A DNA stretch of 64,000 nt from Corallochytrium limacisporum Hawaii (Eukaryota > Protista > Pluriformea): contig PDIP01000006.1 in assembly GCA_002811645.1 (NCBI GenBank), positions 64,954-128,953 of the forward strand. The letters are read 5' to 3'. Numbering within the stretch: position 1 is the first letter of the stretch; every line of letters begins with the position of its first letter. Made by a program: the position numbers and the translations under genes. Under the pieces are notes generated by a model. It saw nothing but the letters and a program-made list of their open reading frames with translations. It did no database searches and was not told where the DNA came from. Positions 10,292 through 22,600 of this stretch are shown piece after piece.

Positions 10292-11432
10292 TTCACACAA
10301 CTTCTTAATTACAGGGGACAAAATGTACATGAAATAGGTACTGAGCTTCTCTTGTGGGAGCCAGCGTCCGAGAAATAGCATCACCAGTAGACGCTCCCAA
10401 CGACACCACCCCCCCCGGGGGGGGGGTGTCAAGCCAACCAACGCTGATTTCCCAAAAAACGAGTAGAACCCGCTCGTCTGCTTGACTCCTCTACCCACCC
10501 GCCACCCTTTTCCCCCCTTCCAGCCCTGCTCCCTGCTTAGTGGTTACGGTAGGGAAGATTTCGCCAGCGAATTTGTTGGGAACTAAGGCAGGGCCGGGTA
10601 CCCCTAGTTACCCAACTTTCTCAGCCTACAACCGTTAGCCCCTGTGTGAGATAGGGAGGGGAAAAAACTGGGAAATGATCAATGCACTACCAAACCAAAG
10701 GCCAAAGAAGATATTGATCAATTTATAGTTTCCATTTTCACTGCAGCGGTAGGCGAGTCCAGGAGGGTGTCAACTCACGGTTGCATTCACAGGAAGGCTC
10801 CACTCGGTGCTATATAAATCATCCGTCCTCGCAATCTACTGCTCATGCGGTGAAAGCTAGGTCACTTATGAACACAGTAGTATGATTACAGAGTCTCTGA
10901 TCAAAAGCGACGCCCATTGGCTAATAGGTGCTGGGGTCGGGTGCGTCATTGTCCCAATGGTCCCTCACATTGCACCAGATCTGGCTCAACCGATTAGTGA
11001 ATGGATGAAAGTCTCTCCGATAATTTTCTTACTTTGCATCGTGCGCTGGCTTGGAGGTGAGCTTTACATGCGAAATGTCTAAAAGGCCATGTGTTTTAGA
11101 ATGGTGGTGTATCGAAAGCGGCAAGCGGTGGATGAGGCATTACCGGGCGGCTCCAGTGGCGGAGACTTCTATGTGTAACAAGGGCTGATATCTTTTTTTT
11201 TTCCCTTTGACTAGGCATGCCCCTTAGAACATTGATGGTGGGCGACCGTCGAAAACAAATTGGCAAGCCAAGAATAAGATATAGTAGTAGGAATGTCAAA
11301 TATAGATTTTTATGTTGAACATGTTATGTGTGACTATTGCTATGCTAAGATATACGAATGATGTATGGACTCACAGGAGCTATACATGCATATGCTACAT
11401 ACACGACTGCCGTGTAGATGAACATGCTTTGA

Positions 11433-14400
11433 CTACTGCTGGAGCTCATCCTCTTCTTGACCGCGGGCAAAGTTAACAAAGACCTGCTCAAGACTGGTTT
11501 GTGACAGGGCATAGTCCGCCCACTCGTAGTGGTGCTTGGCCTTTTCCAATTGGTCAAAGGCGTTGCCGTACCTGAAGCCGGCCGCAGGAATTGAGTACAC
11601 ACCAAGCTCTCCATGCTCCTCCTGCAAGTAAGAACCAGGGAAGTTGTTGAGAATGAATGTGTTGGCGCTTTCCAGGGTCTGCCCACGTCCCACCTTAACA
11701 GTGCAGGTAACACCCTTGCCGAATTTGGACTTCAGATGCTGTAGGGTACCCATACACTTGAACTTACCGTTGACCATGATGGCAAGACGGTTGCACAGGG
11801 CCTCACACTCCTCCATAGAGTGAGAAGTGAGGATGACAGTGCGGCCACGGTCAATGAGACCGAGAATACCGTCCCAGAGGTAACGACGGGCCTCAACATC
11901 TAAGCCAGCCGAAGGCTCATCCAGCAGGACAACAGCAGGATCACCGACGCAGGCAATGGCGGTGGACAACTTGCGCTTGTTGCCACCAGAGTAACCACCG
12001 CACGGGCGATCGGCATGCTTGTCCAAGTTGTACTCGTAAATGCTGGCATCCACGTAGGCCTCGATGTGGGCAGTCGGGATACCACGCAGGTGGCAGTAAA
12101 AGGTGAGCAGCTCGCGACCGGTTAGCAGGGGGGTAATAGCATCAAACTGAGGGCAGTATCCAGTGTGCTGTCGCACCTGAGTCAACTGATTGACAATGCT
12201 AAAGTCCTTGATGGTGGCATTGCCAGAAGTAACGGAATGTTCACCGGTCAACATTTTGAACGTGGTGGTCTTGCCAGCACCGTTGATACCAAGGAGACCG
12301 AAGCACTGGCGCTGAGGAATGCCGAAAGAAATGCGATCGACAGCCAGCTTGTCCTGGCCATGGGAAGTCAATTTGCTTGCCTTGTAGACCTTGCACAGAT
12401 CCCGGACAACGACCACATCATCAGCAGTGGCGCCCTCTGCGATACGAGCGCGCTCCTTAGCCACGTCATCATCCTCGTCAACTGCGTTGGTGACGGGAGC
12501 AGTACCATCTTCCTTACGGAAACGAGCACGGAACTCCCAACCGATGGTCATACCAATAAAGACAAAACCTTCAATAGCCATGAGAAGGACATACCGACCA
12601 ATGCCGGGGACATCGAGGCTGAAAATTTCGCTTGCAGGCTCAATTCCATTGACTTCGCAAGATGCGTCGGGTCCGAATCTAGCGCGGACAGTATCACAGT
12701 AGGTACTCAAATCGTTGTACCGAGGGAGATCAGCCAGAGCCTGACCAAATGCAAACGTCGGGAAGATGGAGAACGCCCAGGCCAAATAATCAGCAACCTT
12801 CACTTCATCCAGAGCGCGGCACACCTGCACAGCGATGAGGGCACCGAAACCAAGGAAGATCTGCAAAATGGTCAGGAAGGCGTAGCATTTGGCAGGGTTC
12901 GTAAAGAAATGACTCACGAAGTAGACGAAGGGTGCGGCAGACCAGAAGAACAACAGCAAGATCAAGCAAATCTCTCCAAGAACATCACGGCCAAGACCGG
13001 CCTCGTCAAAGGCAGCGAATACGATCAGAGTAACACCTAGGGGCATGAGGTAGTTGACGAAGTCGAAGGCGAAGATGCTCAGCCAATACTGGATGGGATC
13101 CACACCGCTCACAAACTGGAGATGCTTGCTAGAGTTTGCGGCCTCAGTGAGGGGGAACAGAGCAAAACCAGACGCCACGAAACTGAAACCAAAGACCGTA
13201 ATGATACCAACGGTGAACCCCTGGAAAGACTCAAAGGAATCCTTTGCTGCCTGCTCATCAGTGCGGGGCAGAGGGTAGTTGATGAGATTCATCACGTATG
13301 TCTGGTCATCAAGGACAGACTGCAGGATGACATTGTTTAACAGGTTCACCGAAGCCGGAGGACTATGGATCGGCTCGCCATTGTACCAGGCAGTGTTGTT
13401 CAATGTACCGTCACTACTATTCACATACGTCTGTCCTACCAGGTAGGTATTCAGGAACGTATCCTGCAGTTCAGCCTGCTTATCAATAATGAATTCAGAG
13501 TAGTTCACATTGGAGGCGGCCTCGTCAAAAGTGACGTTTCCGTCACCGGCACCAAGACTGGTCATTCCAAGCAAGAAGGACTCATACCCGGCCGCGGTGG
13601 CCTGATTAGCATCTGTATCAGGTACAGCGTTCTGGTAGGAGACAACGTTGGGTACAGGACCAATGTTGGCAAGGTCGATGGCTCGGGACGGATCGTTCTT
13701 GTTCTCAAGGTTCGAGGCGGCTCCGAGGGCCATGATAGTGAAGACCAAAGGCAAGAGGAATTGAATTGCGAGGATCTTGTAGTCTCGCTTTTGATGATTC
13801 AAACGCTTGACGAAGAGGGCACCAAACTGCTTCATCTTCAAGGCATTTCCAGTAACATAGTCGAAACTGGGCATCTCAGGATCGGCTTCTCCATGAGCAC
13901 GTCTCATACGAGGCGATGAATGAGGAGACTTGGGGCCATGTCCATTGGCTTCGGGCACCTCTAGCATGTCGCCAGAATTCTTGACAGCAGTGCTGCGCTT
14001 GGCTCCAATATCTTCCAGTGAGGCACCTTCGCCAAGCTTGAAGAACACATCCTCAAGAGTGGTCAGAGATACACCGAAAGAATTCACACCGAGTTCCTTA
14101 GAGCGATCCTCAAGAGCATTGAAAGCAGCGGCGAAGTGCGTGCTTTGATCATCGGGAAGAGTATAAACACACTCACCACCAAGATCATCGCTGAATTCAG
14201 AATGGGGAATAGTCTTCAAGAGAATCTCATCCACACCATACTGGTTGAAAGAGTCATCCTTGGAGATGACCAAGCGGTATCCGACACCATACCTCTTCTT
14301 CAGGAAGTAAGAGGTACCGCAAGCCTTGACCTTACCGTCATTCATGATGGCAATGCGGTCGCCCAGCAAGTCAGCCTCGTCCATATAATGCGTAACCAGA

Positions 14401-16625
14401 CAGATGGTGCGACCATCACGGTACTTGCGAATTAGATCCCAAGTTGCACGACGTGCATACGGATCCATTCCAGCGGTCGGCTCGTCAAGGAAAATGATAC
14501 GGGTTCCACCCATGAAGGCAATGCCTACACTAAGCTTGCGCTTCATTCCACCACTAAGTTCGTCGGGGTAATTCTTGCGCTTGTCTGCTAGCATGATGTC
14601 TACCAACATTTCGTCGACAGCATCCTTCAAGGTCGCACCGGCCAGCCCCTTCAGCCGGCCAAAGAAGACGAGGTGTTCTTCCACGGTCAGATTCGCAAAG
14701 AGGGTGTTGTGCTGCGGGCAAAGGCCAAGAGCCTTACGAGCTTCACCGAGGTCCTCAGTAATATCCCAGCCATCTACAAAGGCAGTACCGCTGGTCGGGG
14801 CGTAAAGACCGGAAAGGATATTCGTAGTGGTTGACTTACCGGCACCGTTGTGCCCGAGGAAGGAAGTGATCTCCCCACGCTTCATATCCAGGTTGACACC
14901 TTGAACAGCTACCTTACCGTTGTCAAAGACCTTAACGAGGTTCCGAATACTGACACCACAGTTCTCACCGTCTAGAGGGTTCTCGAAGTCACCAATGTTA
15001 TCAGTATTCACAGCTGCCGCCTTCTTGCGGTTCTCAGCATCACGCTTTTTGCGGCCGAAGTAGGTCTTGGGTTGAAAGATAAAGTACCACTTCTTGGGAA
15101 CACCATAGTCACCAGGACGCACAGCATCAATGTAAACTGCAAGCAGAACATACAAGACTGTGTCGAACGCCAACATGATGTACGAAATCATTACGGACGC
15201 TTCACTCTCAAAGACGGGGCTGGAATCTAGATTGTTGAAGTCAGCACCGATAGCTGCGTTCTCATAGTCACCGATCACACTTAGGGCCTGCGACATGCAA
15301 GCATTCATAGAGAGACATGCAAGGTACAGCTGTCCCTCAGCCATGGTGTTAATTTCTTGTTGGTAGAAAGTGTAAGGCATGTACAACAAGAAGAAGAGGG
15401 CACCTGCTGCTGCTGCAGCAACCTTGGCCCGCATGAAGAAAGTGGACAACAGGAAGCAGAAGGCAATCAAAGACAGACTGTACAAGAAGAACAGAACGAA
15501 AATGACGCCAGGGCTGCTGTAGGCAATGACATCACTGACATCGAGCGCGATAGTGATAAAAATGATCACCACAAACAAAAAGATAGCCATCCGGCTAAAC
15601 CAACCGAACCAGTACATGGAAGGTGACAGACCCATCATGGCCATAGTTTCCTTCAGGCGTCTCTCCTTTTCATCCACAATGTCACGAACCAAGGCCTGGG
15701 CAGGGACGACGAAGGAAATGACGATGAAAAGAGGGAGAGTTCCCTGTACAGCGCCGGCAAAGTCGTTCTTCTTGTACTCACCGTAGGGCATTCTCTGCAC
15801 ACTGGTGGTCTGTGTAGTAGTGAAGTCAACGAGCACGGTAGAACCAGGGTTCGTTAGTTGCAGTTGGTAATTGGCAATGGCACTTTCAGCCAAGTTCTGC
15901 ATCACAAGAAAACCAGATGTGTTGTAAAGATCACTCTCTGAATTGGGGCCAGTCTCCGCGAAAGCAGGGAACGTCAGATCGGTGTAGAATGTACCGTCAG
16001 GAGTATCTCCCGGACGCAGACGGAGTGTGTAGGTCATTTCAGCACCAAAAGTGCCGCTCTCAAAGACGATAGCACCCATCAGTGAATTGTCATTCTTACC
16101 AGCAGTTTCCAGGTCACTTTCGGTATCAAATGCTTCAATAGTGAGAGGGAAGTCACTTGGTACCATGCCTTGGATGTAGCTCATGACTTGTTGGGTCTGT
16201 GCAGTCTCTGGCGTATATGTGATTTTTGTTCGGCCAACCTTATTGAACAGATCAAAAACACTGGAATTGTCAGCTGTGTTGAGGCCAAGACTGTCGTAGT
16301 ACGTGGGGGCCACGTCCTCAATTGATGTCAGTTGCCGAAGACCGCATAAGACAACTATAAGAACGAAAGGGGTTGTAATCTCACATATAAAGCCCCAAAA
16401 CTTTCGTGTCATCGACCTTCTGTTCTTCCATGCTAAGAGTTTGAACTGCTGGAACTTACCCAGCGTACCCGCTTCAACTTGCACCTTGGGCTTTGGGTCG
16501 TGCACTTCAAACACATTGTCGTCAGCCTCCTTTGCTGGGGCTTCGTAGATATTGTCATCAAGAGCCTTAGCCGGCTCTGACGCATGGCCATTCATTGTTG
16601 TGGACCAAGCTTCTTTATCATGCAT
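11433..16625 (-). CDS. Full-length ABC transporter, subfamily A (ABCA3-like)
   Basis: LLAWKN N-terminal motif, EKERRLKE, two TMDs, two NBDs (GHNGAGKST/LSGGMKRKL/LDEPT and GINGAGKTT/YSGGNKRKL/LDEPS). First ATG at 16625. Confidence 0.96.
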   Translation of the reverse strand: MHDKEAWSTTMNGHASEPAKALDDNIYEAPAKEADDNVFEVHDPKPKVQVEAGTLGKFQQFKLLAWKNRRSMTRKFWGFICEITTPFVLIVVLCGLRQLTSIEDVAPTYYDSLGLNTADNSSVFDLFNKVGRTKITYTPETAQTQQVMSYIQGMVPSDFPLTIEAFDTESDLETAGKNDNSLMGAIVFESGTFGAEMTYTLRLRPGDTPDGTFYTDLTFPAFAETGPNSESDLYNTSGFLVMQNLAESAIANYQLQLTNPGSTVLVDFTTTQTTSVQRMPYGEYKKNDFAGAVQGTLPLFIVISFVVPAQALVRDIVDEKERRLKETMAMMGLSPSMYWFGWFSRMAIFLFVVIIFITIALDVSDVIAYSSPGVIFVLFFLYSLSLIAFCFLLSTFFMRAKVAAAAAGALFFLLYMPYTFYQQEINTMAEGQLYLACLSMNACMSQALSVIGDYENAAIGADFNNLDSSPVFESEASVMISYIMLAFDTVLYVLLAVYIDAVRPGDYGVPKKWYFIFQPKTYFGRKKRDAENRKKAAAVNTDNIGDFENPLDGENCGVSIRNLVKVFDNGKVAVQGVNLDMKRGEITSFLGHNGAGKSTTTNILSGLYAPTSGTAFVDGWDITEDLGEARKALGLCPQHNTLFANLTVEEHLVFFGRLKGLAGATLKDAVDEMLVDIMLADKRKNYPDELSGGMKRKLSVGIAFMGGTRIIFLDEPTAGMDPYARRATWDLIRKYRDGRTICLVTHYMDEADLLGDRIAIMNDGKVKACGTSYFLKKRYGVGYRLVISKDDSFNQYGVDEILLKTIPHSEFSDDLGGECVYTLPDDQSTHFAAAFNALEDRSKELGVNSFGVSLTTLEDVFFKLGEGASLEDIGAKRSTAVKNSGDMLEVPEANGHGPKSPHSSPRMRRAHGEADPEMPSFDYVTGNALKMKQFGALFVKRLNHQKRDYKILAIQFLLPLVFTIMALGAASNLENKNDPSRAIDLANIGPVPNVVSYQNAVPDTDANQATAAGYESFLLGMTSLGAGDGNVTFDEAASNVNYSEFIIDKQAELQDTFLNTYLVGQTYVNSSDGTLNNTAWYNGEPIHSPPASVNLLNNVILQSVLDDQTYVMNLINYPLPRTDEQAAKDSFESFQGFTVGIITVFGFSFVASGFALFPLTEAANSSKHLQFVSGVDPIQYWLSIFAFDFVNYLMPLGVTLIVFAAFDEAGLGRDVLGEICLILLLFFWSAAPFVYFVSHFFTNPAKCYAFLTILQIFLGFGALIAVQVCRALDEVKVADYLAWAFSIFPTFAFGQALADLPRYNDLSTYCDTVRARFGPDASCEVNGIEPASEIFSLDVPGIGRYVLLMAIEGFVFIGMTIGWEFRARFRKEDGTAPVTNAVDEDDDVAKERARIAEGATADDVVVVRDLCKVYKASKLTSHGQDKLAVDRISFGIPQRQCFGLLGINGAGKTTTFKMLTGEHSVTSGNATIKDFSIVNQLTQVRQHTGYCPQFDAITPLLTGRELLTFYCHLRGIPTAHIEAYVDASIYEYNLDKHADRPCGGYSGGNKRKLSTAIACVGDPAVVLLDEPSAGLDVEARRYLWDGILGLIDRGRTVILTSHSMEECEALCNRLAIMVNGKFKCMGTLQHLKSKFGKGVTCTVKVGRGQTLESANTFILNNFPGSYLQEEHGELGVYSIPAAGFRYGNAFDQLEKAKHHYEWADYALSQTSLEQVFVNFARGQEEDELQQ

Positions 16626-19600
16626 ACCAAAGCTCACGTTAATTTAGTTCTCGTGTGAAGTTTGGATCCATAGTGCCGTTCTTGATGCAGTAGATGCATT
16701 AGTAGCACATCCTTTAATACCCGAGAAATATTTTGGCGACATGACACATTATCATGCGCCTCTCGTGAATGGCAGACTTGCAGGGTTACCCCCCATCTGT
16801 GACTTAGGTGCAGTTGTATTGGCCTCCTTTCATCTTTGTCCCCTGTCCCTGCCACAAAAGTAAAGGAGAGAAGTTGACCGCGACAATTGCGTGAGGTCAT
16901 ATATACACCGGTGACCATTCTGTGTTGGGGTGCGTCTCCATCTACTGGGTCTCCAGCGGCACAGGAGAAAGGAGGGGGGGCGTGGACAGTATACCCAGGG
17001 CTTTCCCCCCGTTCTCGTCTACTATGCAATTTCCTTGGCGTTTCTCCATGAAAACACAAAAAGATATTTGGGACAGCCAATGCACGCAATTTGTCCACTC
17101 GTCTCAATCCCTTCTGACGCGCATTTCCCCCCTCCCTCACTCCCCCCTCCCCCCGTCTCTTCCAATTTTCTCGCACCTGCTGGTCCTTCGCGTTCTTCCC
17201 TACTGGGCTGATCTGTTCGTTACCATCCCCGGCCACCGGACTAGCAGCGCGTTCACTAGTTTCCCCGCCTCACAGGTTTTTTTGTAGGTGGACAACAAAG
17301 AACCCTGCAACTGCAGTTATGTGAGACATGCGTCCCGATGTCAGCCGACAAAGCCAAGGAAAAAGGGGAAGGGCCCAAATTAACTGTTTCCTGGAGTTGA
17401 AAGCAAGTTGTGCGAGACATGTGTCCCGGCGTCAGTCGACCAAGCCAAAGTAAGGGTAAGGGGCCCAGGCCAAAGAACGCATACGTAAAGTAGGCGTCAA
17501 AATTTGAATCAAAAGAGAATGAGGAAAGCGAGACCCCTGTTCCTTTCAAAAACCCTCTTTCACACCCGTGTCCTGGCCTCGGCGTTCTCTCTTCCGGAAC
17601 GCCCTTCCCCCCCCCTCCAAATCCCCCCTCCCCTCAACCCACCACTGGGCAGCAGGTTACGGAAGGGGTCGCACTATCTCCTCGCTATTCTCCGCCTGCT
17701 ATCTGTTTGACTTCCACAATCTGTGATCGTAACCATTATGATTGCGTATGTTTTGTGCCGAAGAATATACCTATCGCAGATGCATCCCTTTTTGTACACT
17801 GATATGTCTGCCCATCGCGGAGAGCATAGACTTTATATGCGGTTTTTTTTTGCTGCCGATACGATAGGACTGCTCAACTCCATGTGGGAGTTGTCGAGGG
17901 CTGTCTTGTTCCCGTTTCCATATTGCAATTATGTTTGTCCCCTTCCTCGGACCCTGGTAGACGTCAGAAAATGGCCCACCCTTGGTTGCATGGTCCAACT
18001 ACGACTTTCGCAGCGATACAGAGAACGGAGTACAATAAACTGGAAAATTGACACCAGCGGACCGAACAGTGAACATAGTTCATAGAGAAATTCTGGAGAA
18101 GTGGAGAGCAAGGAAAGGCGGAGGCAGCGGGAGAGGACGAAAATGCGGGGGAGAGAGTAGACACGTTTGTCTCCTTGTCTACTCCTGAAAAATTTTGGTA
18201 GAATACAATACCACAAGTTTTCACCGTAGAACGAGTTTTGTCCGCCGCTATATCATAACCTGCGCACACACGCACCCGGCTACAGAGTCGACGTCTATTG
18301 TTACGAGGCCCCTCCCCCCTTCCCCCTTGGTTCTTCCTCTTCCCAAATTGCCAAGGCGTGATGTGTAGGAGGGAGAAATGAGAACGAATGGGACTACTCT
18401 GGCCAGTCATTTCACATCATCGCATGGTCTAGGGATAGATTCCTCGAGGTTGGGTTGGACGAGGGCTAAGATCTCACACTGTTTCCCATGGGCCAATTGC
18501 TATATGAACTGTACCGCTTATTTGATAGCACCGTTGATATATTGTATCTTGTTGGCGGATGGACTTCACGCGGACCGCCTCAGCACACACAGAAGGGTTC
18601 AGACGATTTCGAAGAATACATTATTATGACGACTTTGTTGCGTTTCAGTTTTGGCGTGGTTGTTTTGACGTATCACACCGCAACAGAAATATTTTCTTCT
18701 GTGTCTTTACGTGTATTTTGTTCGATTCAGTCCATCTTTATGAGAAGCAATATGCTTGCCACGGATGCAGGGGATGATAAGTGTGTAATGATCCCTACTT
18801 GCTAGAATACTGTGTTATCAAAGGGACAGTCTGAGACCAATCGCTCATACAACGAGTCAGCGCCTGTGGTGCGCAACAGAATTTCGGTGAGAGGGGGAAA
18901 ACCCTGACATATATTTCCGGTCGAAGTCTTCGGGACAACATTCCTTGCTGCTCCGGCTGATTACATATACCTGCTGTCTAATTCGCATATTTTCTCAATT
19001 TCATCGCTGGACAGAGTTTGGGCGTATGCCACGGTGGACGCAGACAAGCCGCGGCCACGAGCGCAGACTTTCCAGCCCAACCGCCTGCGAACTGTAGAAG
19101 TTTTTAGTCCAATTTGGTTCTCCAGCCGATGGTGTGGGAGAGGAGGAGGAGGGGGGGCGGAAACTTCATAACGAAAGGGAGATCTGCGGGCTGCTTCGTC
19201 CAATTGGCCTCAGTTTTCCTCACCAAGCCAGAGAAATCCAGGGGGCAAGAACTCACAAAACCACATTGGTGCCTTTTTTTTTTGGACCCTTTGAATCCAG
19301 ACGTCGCTGTTTTGTCTGGGCCCTCTGCACGCCTTGTGAGAGATATCCAGGCCATGAGCTAGATGGTGCCAGAGTGAACACTGCGGAGAGGAGGGAGAAA
19401 AAATTAAGGAGACATAGAGCTGAGAGAAACCATTGCAAGGGGATGATTAACTACCGCGGTGGTTTGTCGAAATATTCCCGGTTTGTCTCATACTGGTACA
19501 CCCTAAACAAGTATTGGAATCGTATTCTTCCCGTATTAACCAAATTTCTTGAAATTTGACTTCTTCGTTTTTCCCCAGAGGGGGGAGCCATAATGAGTTC

Positions 19601-22600
19601 GTATTACTTGAGCAAGTGTTTGTTGTTTGGGTAAGGGATCAAGAAGTCAGTCTCCCAATACGTACCTGGCGAAGCACGGAGGCGGGGACTTCCGTTGCCC
19701 AACCGCTCCTTGCGCCATAGGTTTACCCAAAAAAGACACAAAGTGTGTGCCATTGTTTGCAGGTGTGACTCCTACGGACACTCTGCTTGCATGGAGAGTA
19801 GAACATTGATAAACTGGCCAAACTGTTCAGAGACCGAACTCACTATGGCACGGCTGTGTTAGAGGTCCAATGCTCTGGAAGAAACCCCTGTCGGTTACAA
19901 GTCTCCGGTGAGCACGGGGCGGTGGGTTTAGGTCAGTGGTACGCATTCCACCCTCTTCAAGGTATCCACAACGAATTGAGTACTTCGCATTCGGTTTTGG
20001 TGTGCAGTGTGACTCCGAGATTTGCACATAGAAAAATATCAGTAATCTCATTATATCAGTACTGGAGTTCTTGTTCCTTGCGCTCGGCAAATCCGAGCTG
20101 TTCAACAGATTTGCTCGCTGTGGGTGTTAACGGAATGTGTCCATAGTGACCCACAGGTATATATTAGCATTGTGAGAATGCACCTGGTGTGGTCGATCCA
20201 AAGACAAGAGAGAGAGTTGCCCCCACATCAGAGCGTGGCCACAACGTAATGACAGACTTTGGGTTAGTGTGTGGGGCTGCCACTCCTGTTCTGCCTGTCC
20301 CATACGACTGCCAATACAAATAAAGTATTCCGAAAGGTGTGTTAGGTGCACACGCCTGTTGGAAAGCCAACTTTCTTATTGCCCAATGCGTAATGTCCAG
20401 GACAACACTAAAATTTTTGTGTGGAGCGTCAGATGTACTCTTCGTCCCGACAATTTCTCACCGGGCTTGCCATACAATGTCTTACCATCTCCTTGCGAAA
20501 AATAGGATAGGTGTGGCCGGACGGGCTCCGCTGGAGATCCGCGCTCTGATGCCCAGACAAACTTCCTGTGGTGCTTGGCAGAATATACAAAAAGGATGTG
20601 GCAAAACAAAAAAAAAATTCGTGTTCATGGTGTCTCTCAAAGTTCAAGTCAGGATGGAGGAAGAATCATGCTGTTGCGACGCACTCCCGTACTCCGATTA
20701 AGCCTTCCTTATGCGTTCGTTTCTGATTACCAGGGCAAAACGGAAACGCAAAACCCCAGCCAAGTGTATTCTGTTCAAGGTCAACACCGGAACATAATAT
20801 ATGCAGATGTTTGCCTCCTTTCTATTGTTTGAGTCTAACATCTTCTCATTTGCATTTGTCTAATCCTTGCAGCAGGTGCCCACGGCTTGCTGAGTATTTT
20901 TTTTGCCAGACTACATCGGAAGAAACTGAACCGACAGTACAATTTAAACCGAAGTTTGCCTGCCTTTTTGGTTTGTGAATTCAGTTCGACCATTTTGATT
21001 TTTTCTACTAAGACCATCTTCCACACGGGCTTCCATAACACCACACTAGCAATATACATACATACACAGTGGGTGTAGTAGAAATTCTACTACCATTTCC
21101 AAATATTTAATATCGGTACGGAAAACAAGGACTGTGTCTGCGGTATGCCCGTTTTGCTGCTATATTCCACTCCGAGTGGGAGAGGTTCATACCCCCGATA
21201 ACCGGCCGCAGAAAAAAAAAAAGAAGAAGAAAGGAAACTGGGATAGGTGCACCATGTAATCCGTCCTTTCTCCTGCCCTGATTGTGCTGACGAGCACGCA
21301 AGAGCGCAACCGCGCTAAAGGGTTCCAAGGTAAGAGCGTCATTATATCAGCGGTCACAGTCACTGCTGTGGTTCGAGTGCTGTTCCGCATCATCAAAACA
21401 TGTACACTGGTGTCTTTGACATGTCGATACGATGTCGGAGACGCGTACAGTGTCAGCTGAACAAAACGCGCTGTCGGAACCGCTGCCAAACTTCGTGAGC
21501 TACATGAAGAAGGATTTCCCAATTTCGCCAGTCATGGGGATTGTGTGCACCACTAAGAAATTCCTTTGATCCCGGTATAAGTCTCATCGAAAAATTTAAC
21601 TGTTTTCCCGTATCGGACTTTTACGATCCCAGTACAATTCTCATCGATAGTCTAGCAGACTATTGTCAATACCCGACGTAAAGGCAAATTGTCCTGTTGT
21701 TGATGTGATGTGATACGGTGTGTACACGTAGAAGTAAAGTCAGATTGGGGTTAAAGCGGATGATGTCAAAAGAGCGCTCCAGTGGTGCTAGTGTGAAAAT
21801 GTATGGTTTGTGTGATGCATGAGATCGAGCCTAGTGATTCTGTTGCAGTGGTTTTTCTCGTTGGCAATGGAACCGATGCGTTGCTGTGAACCGTGCTTAG
21901 TTGAATCTGCGGCAATGCTATAAGTGACGTGGAGCCAATGATCGAGGAAACAGTGCGCTTGTGTGTACAGATGCTCTGCAAACGAAGCATGGTACTGAAT
22001 TGGCACAACATGCTCTCTGGGCATAATCTGAATAGGCTCACTGACATAATCAATGCGACACTGCTTTCATGAAGATGACGGAGGAAAGAATTGTTTGAGG
22101 AAAGAAGGTACCGTTTGGATTGAATTTGTCTGTACTCAACAGGAGGAAAGGAAAGTTTGGGCGGGAGGAAATGAACAGCAGTGCCAGAGAAACATGGTGT
22201 TCATTGTATTCTTTCTCGGAAAGTTGACCACCCTTCTTTTCCAATCGATTCCTGTTCGCATCGCATATGTGTGCAGGTCCACCAGCTCGGATCGGGAGTA
22301 AAGCTCTTCATGCACTCCAATCTCTCCCACAGTACCAATCGCTACTTGATTTGGAAGTTTTTAGGACAGTTGGAAACCGTGGTGTACGAGTTCACTGTTT
22401 CAAAACTGTGGAATTGGTTTCTGTCATCGTTTGACAACTGGGCTGTCTTTGATCCCCCTTGCGCGCAAGGAAACTTAGCCAGAATTCAGAACCTAGAGAC
22501 CATAGGGGACAACAGCGCTGCCAGCACCACTTTGGTTGACCTCCTCTGACCAACCGTCTTGCTAGATTACACAGCAGAATTCTTCATCGCTTGTAAGGGC

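Noticed and set aside
12165-16548. Long antisense ORFs over ABCA (likewise over CCT3, CSE1 and haspin)
   Set aside because: These are shadow ORFs expected from codon bias in the real genes, and they have no recognisable motifs.
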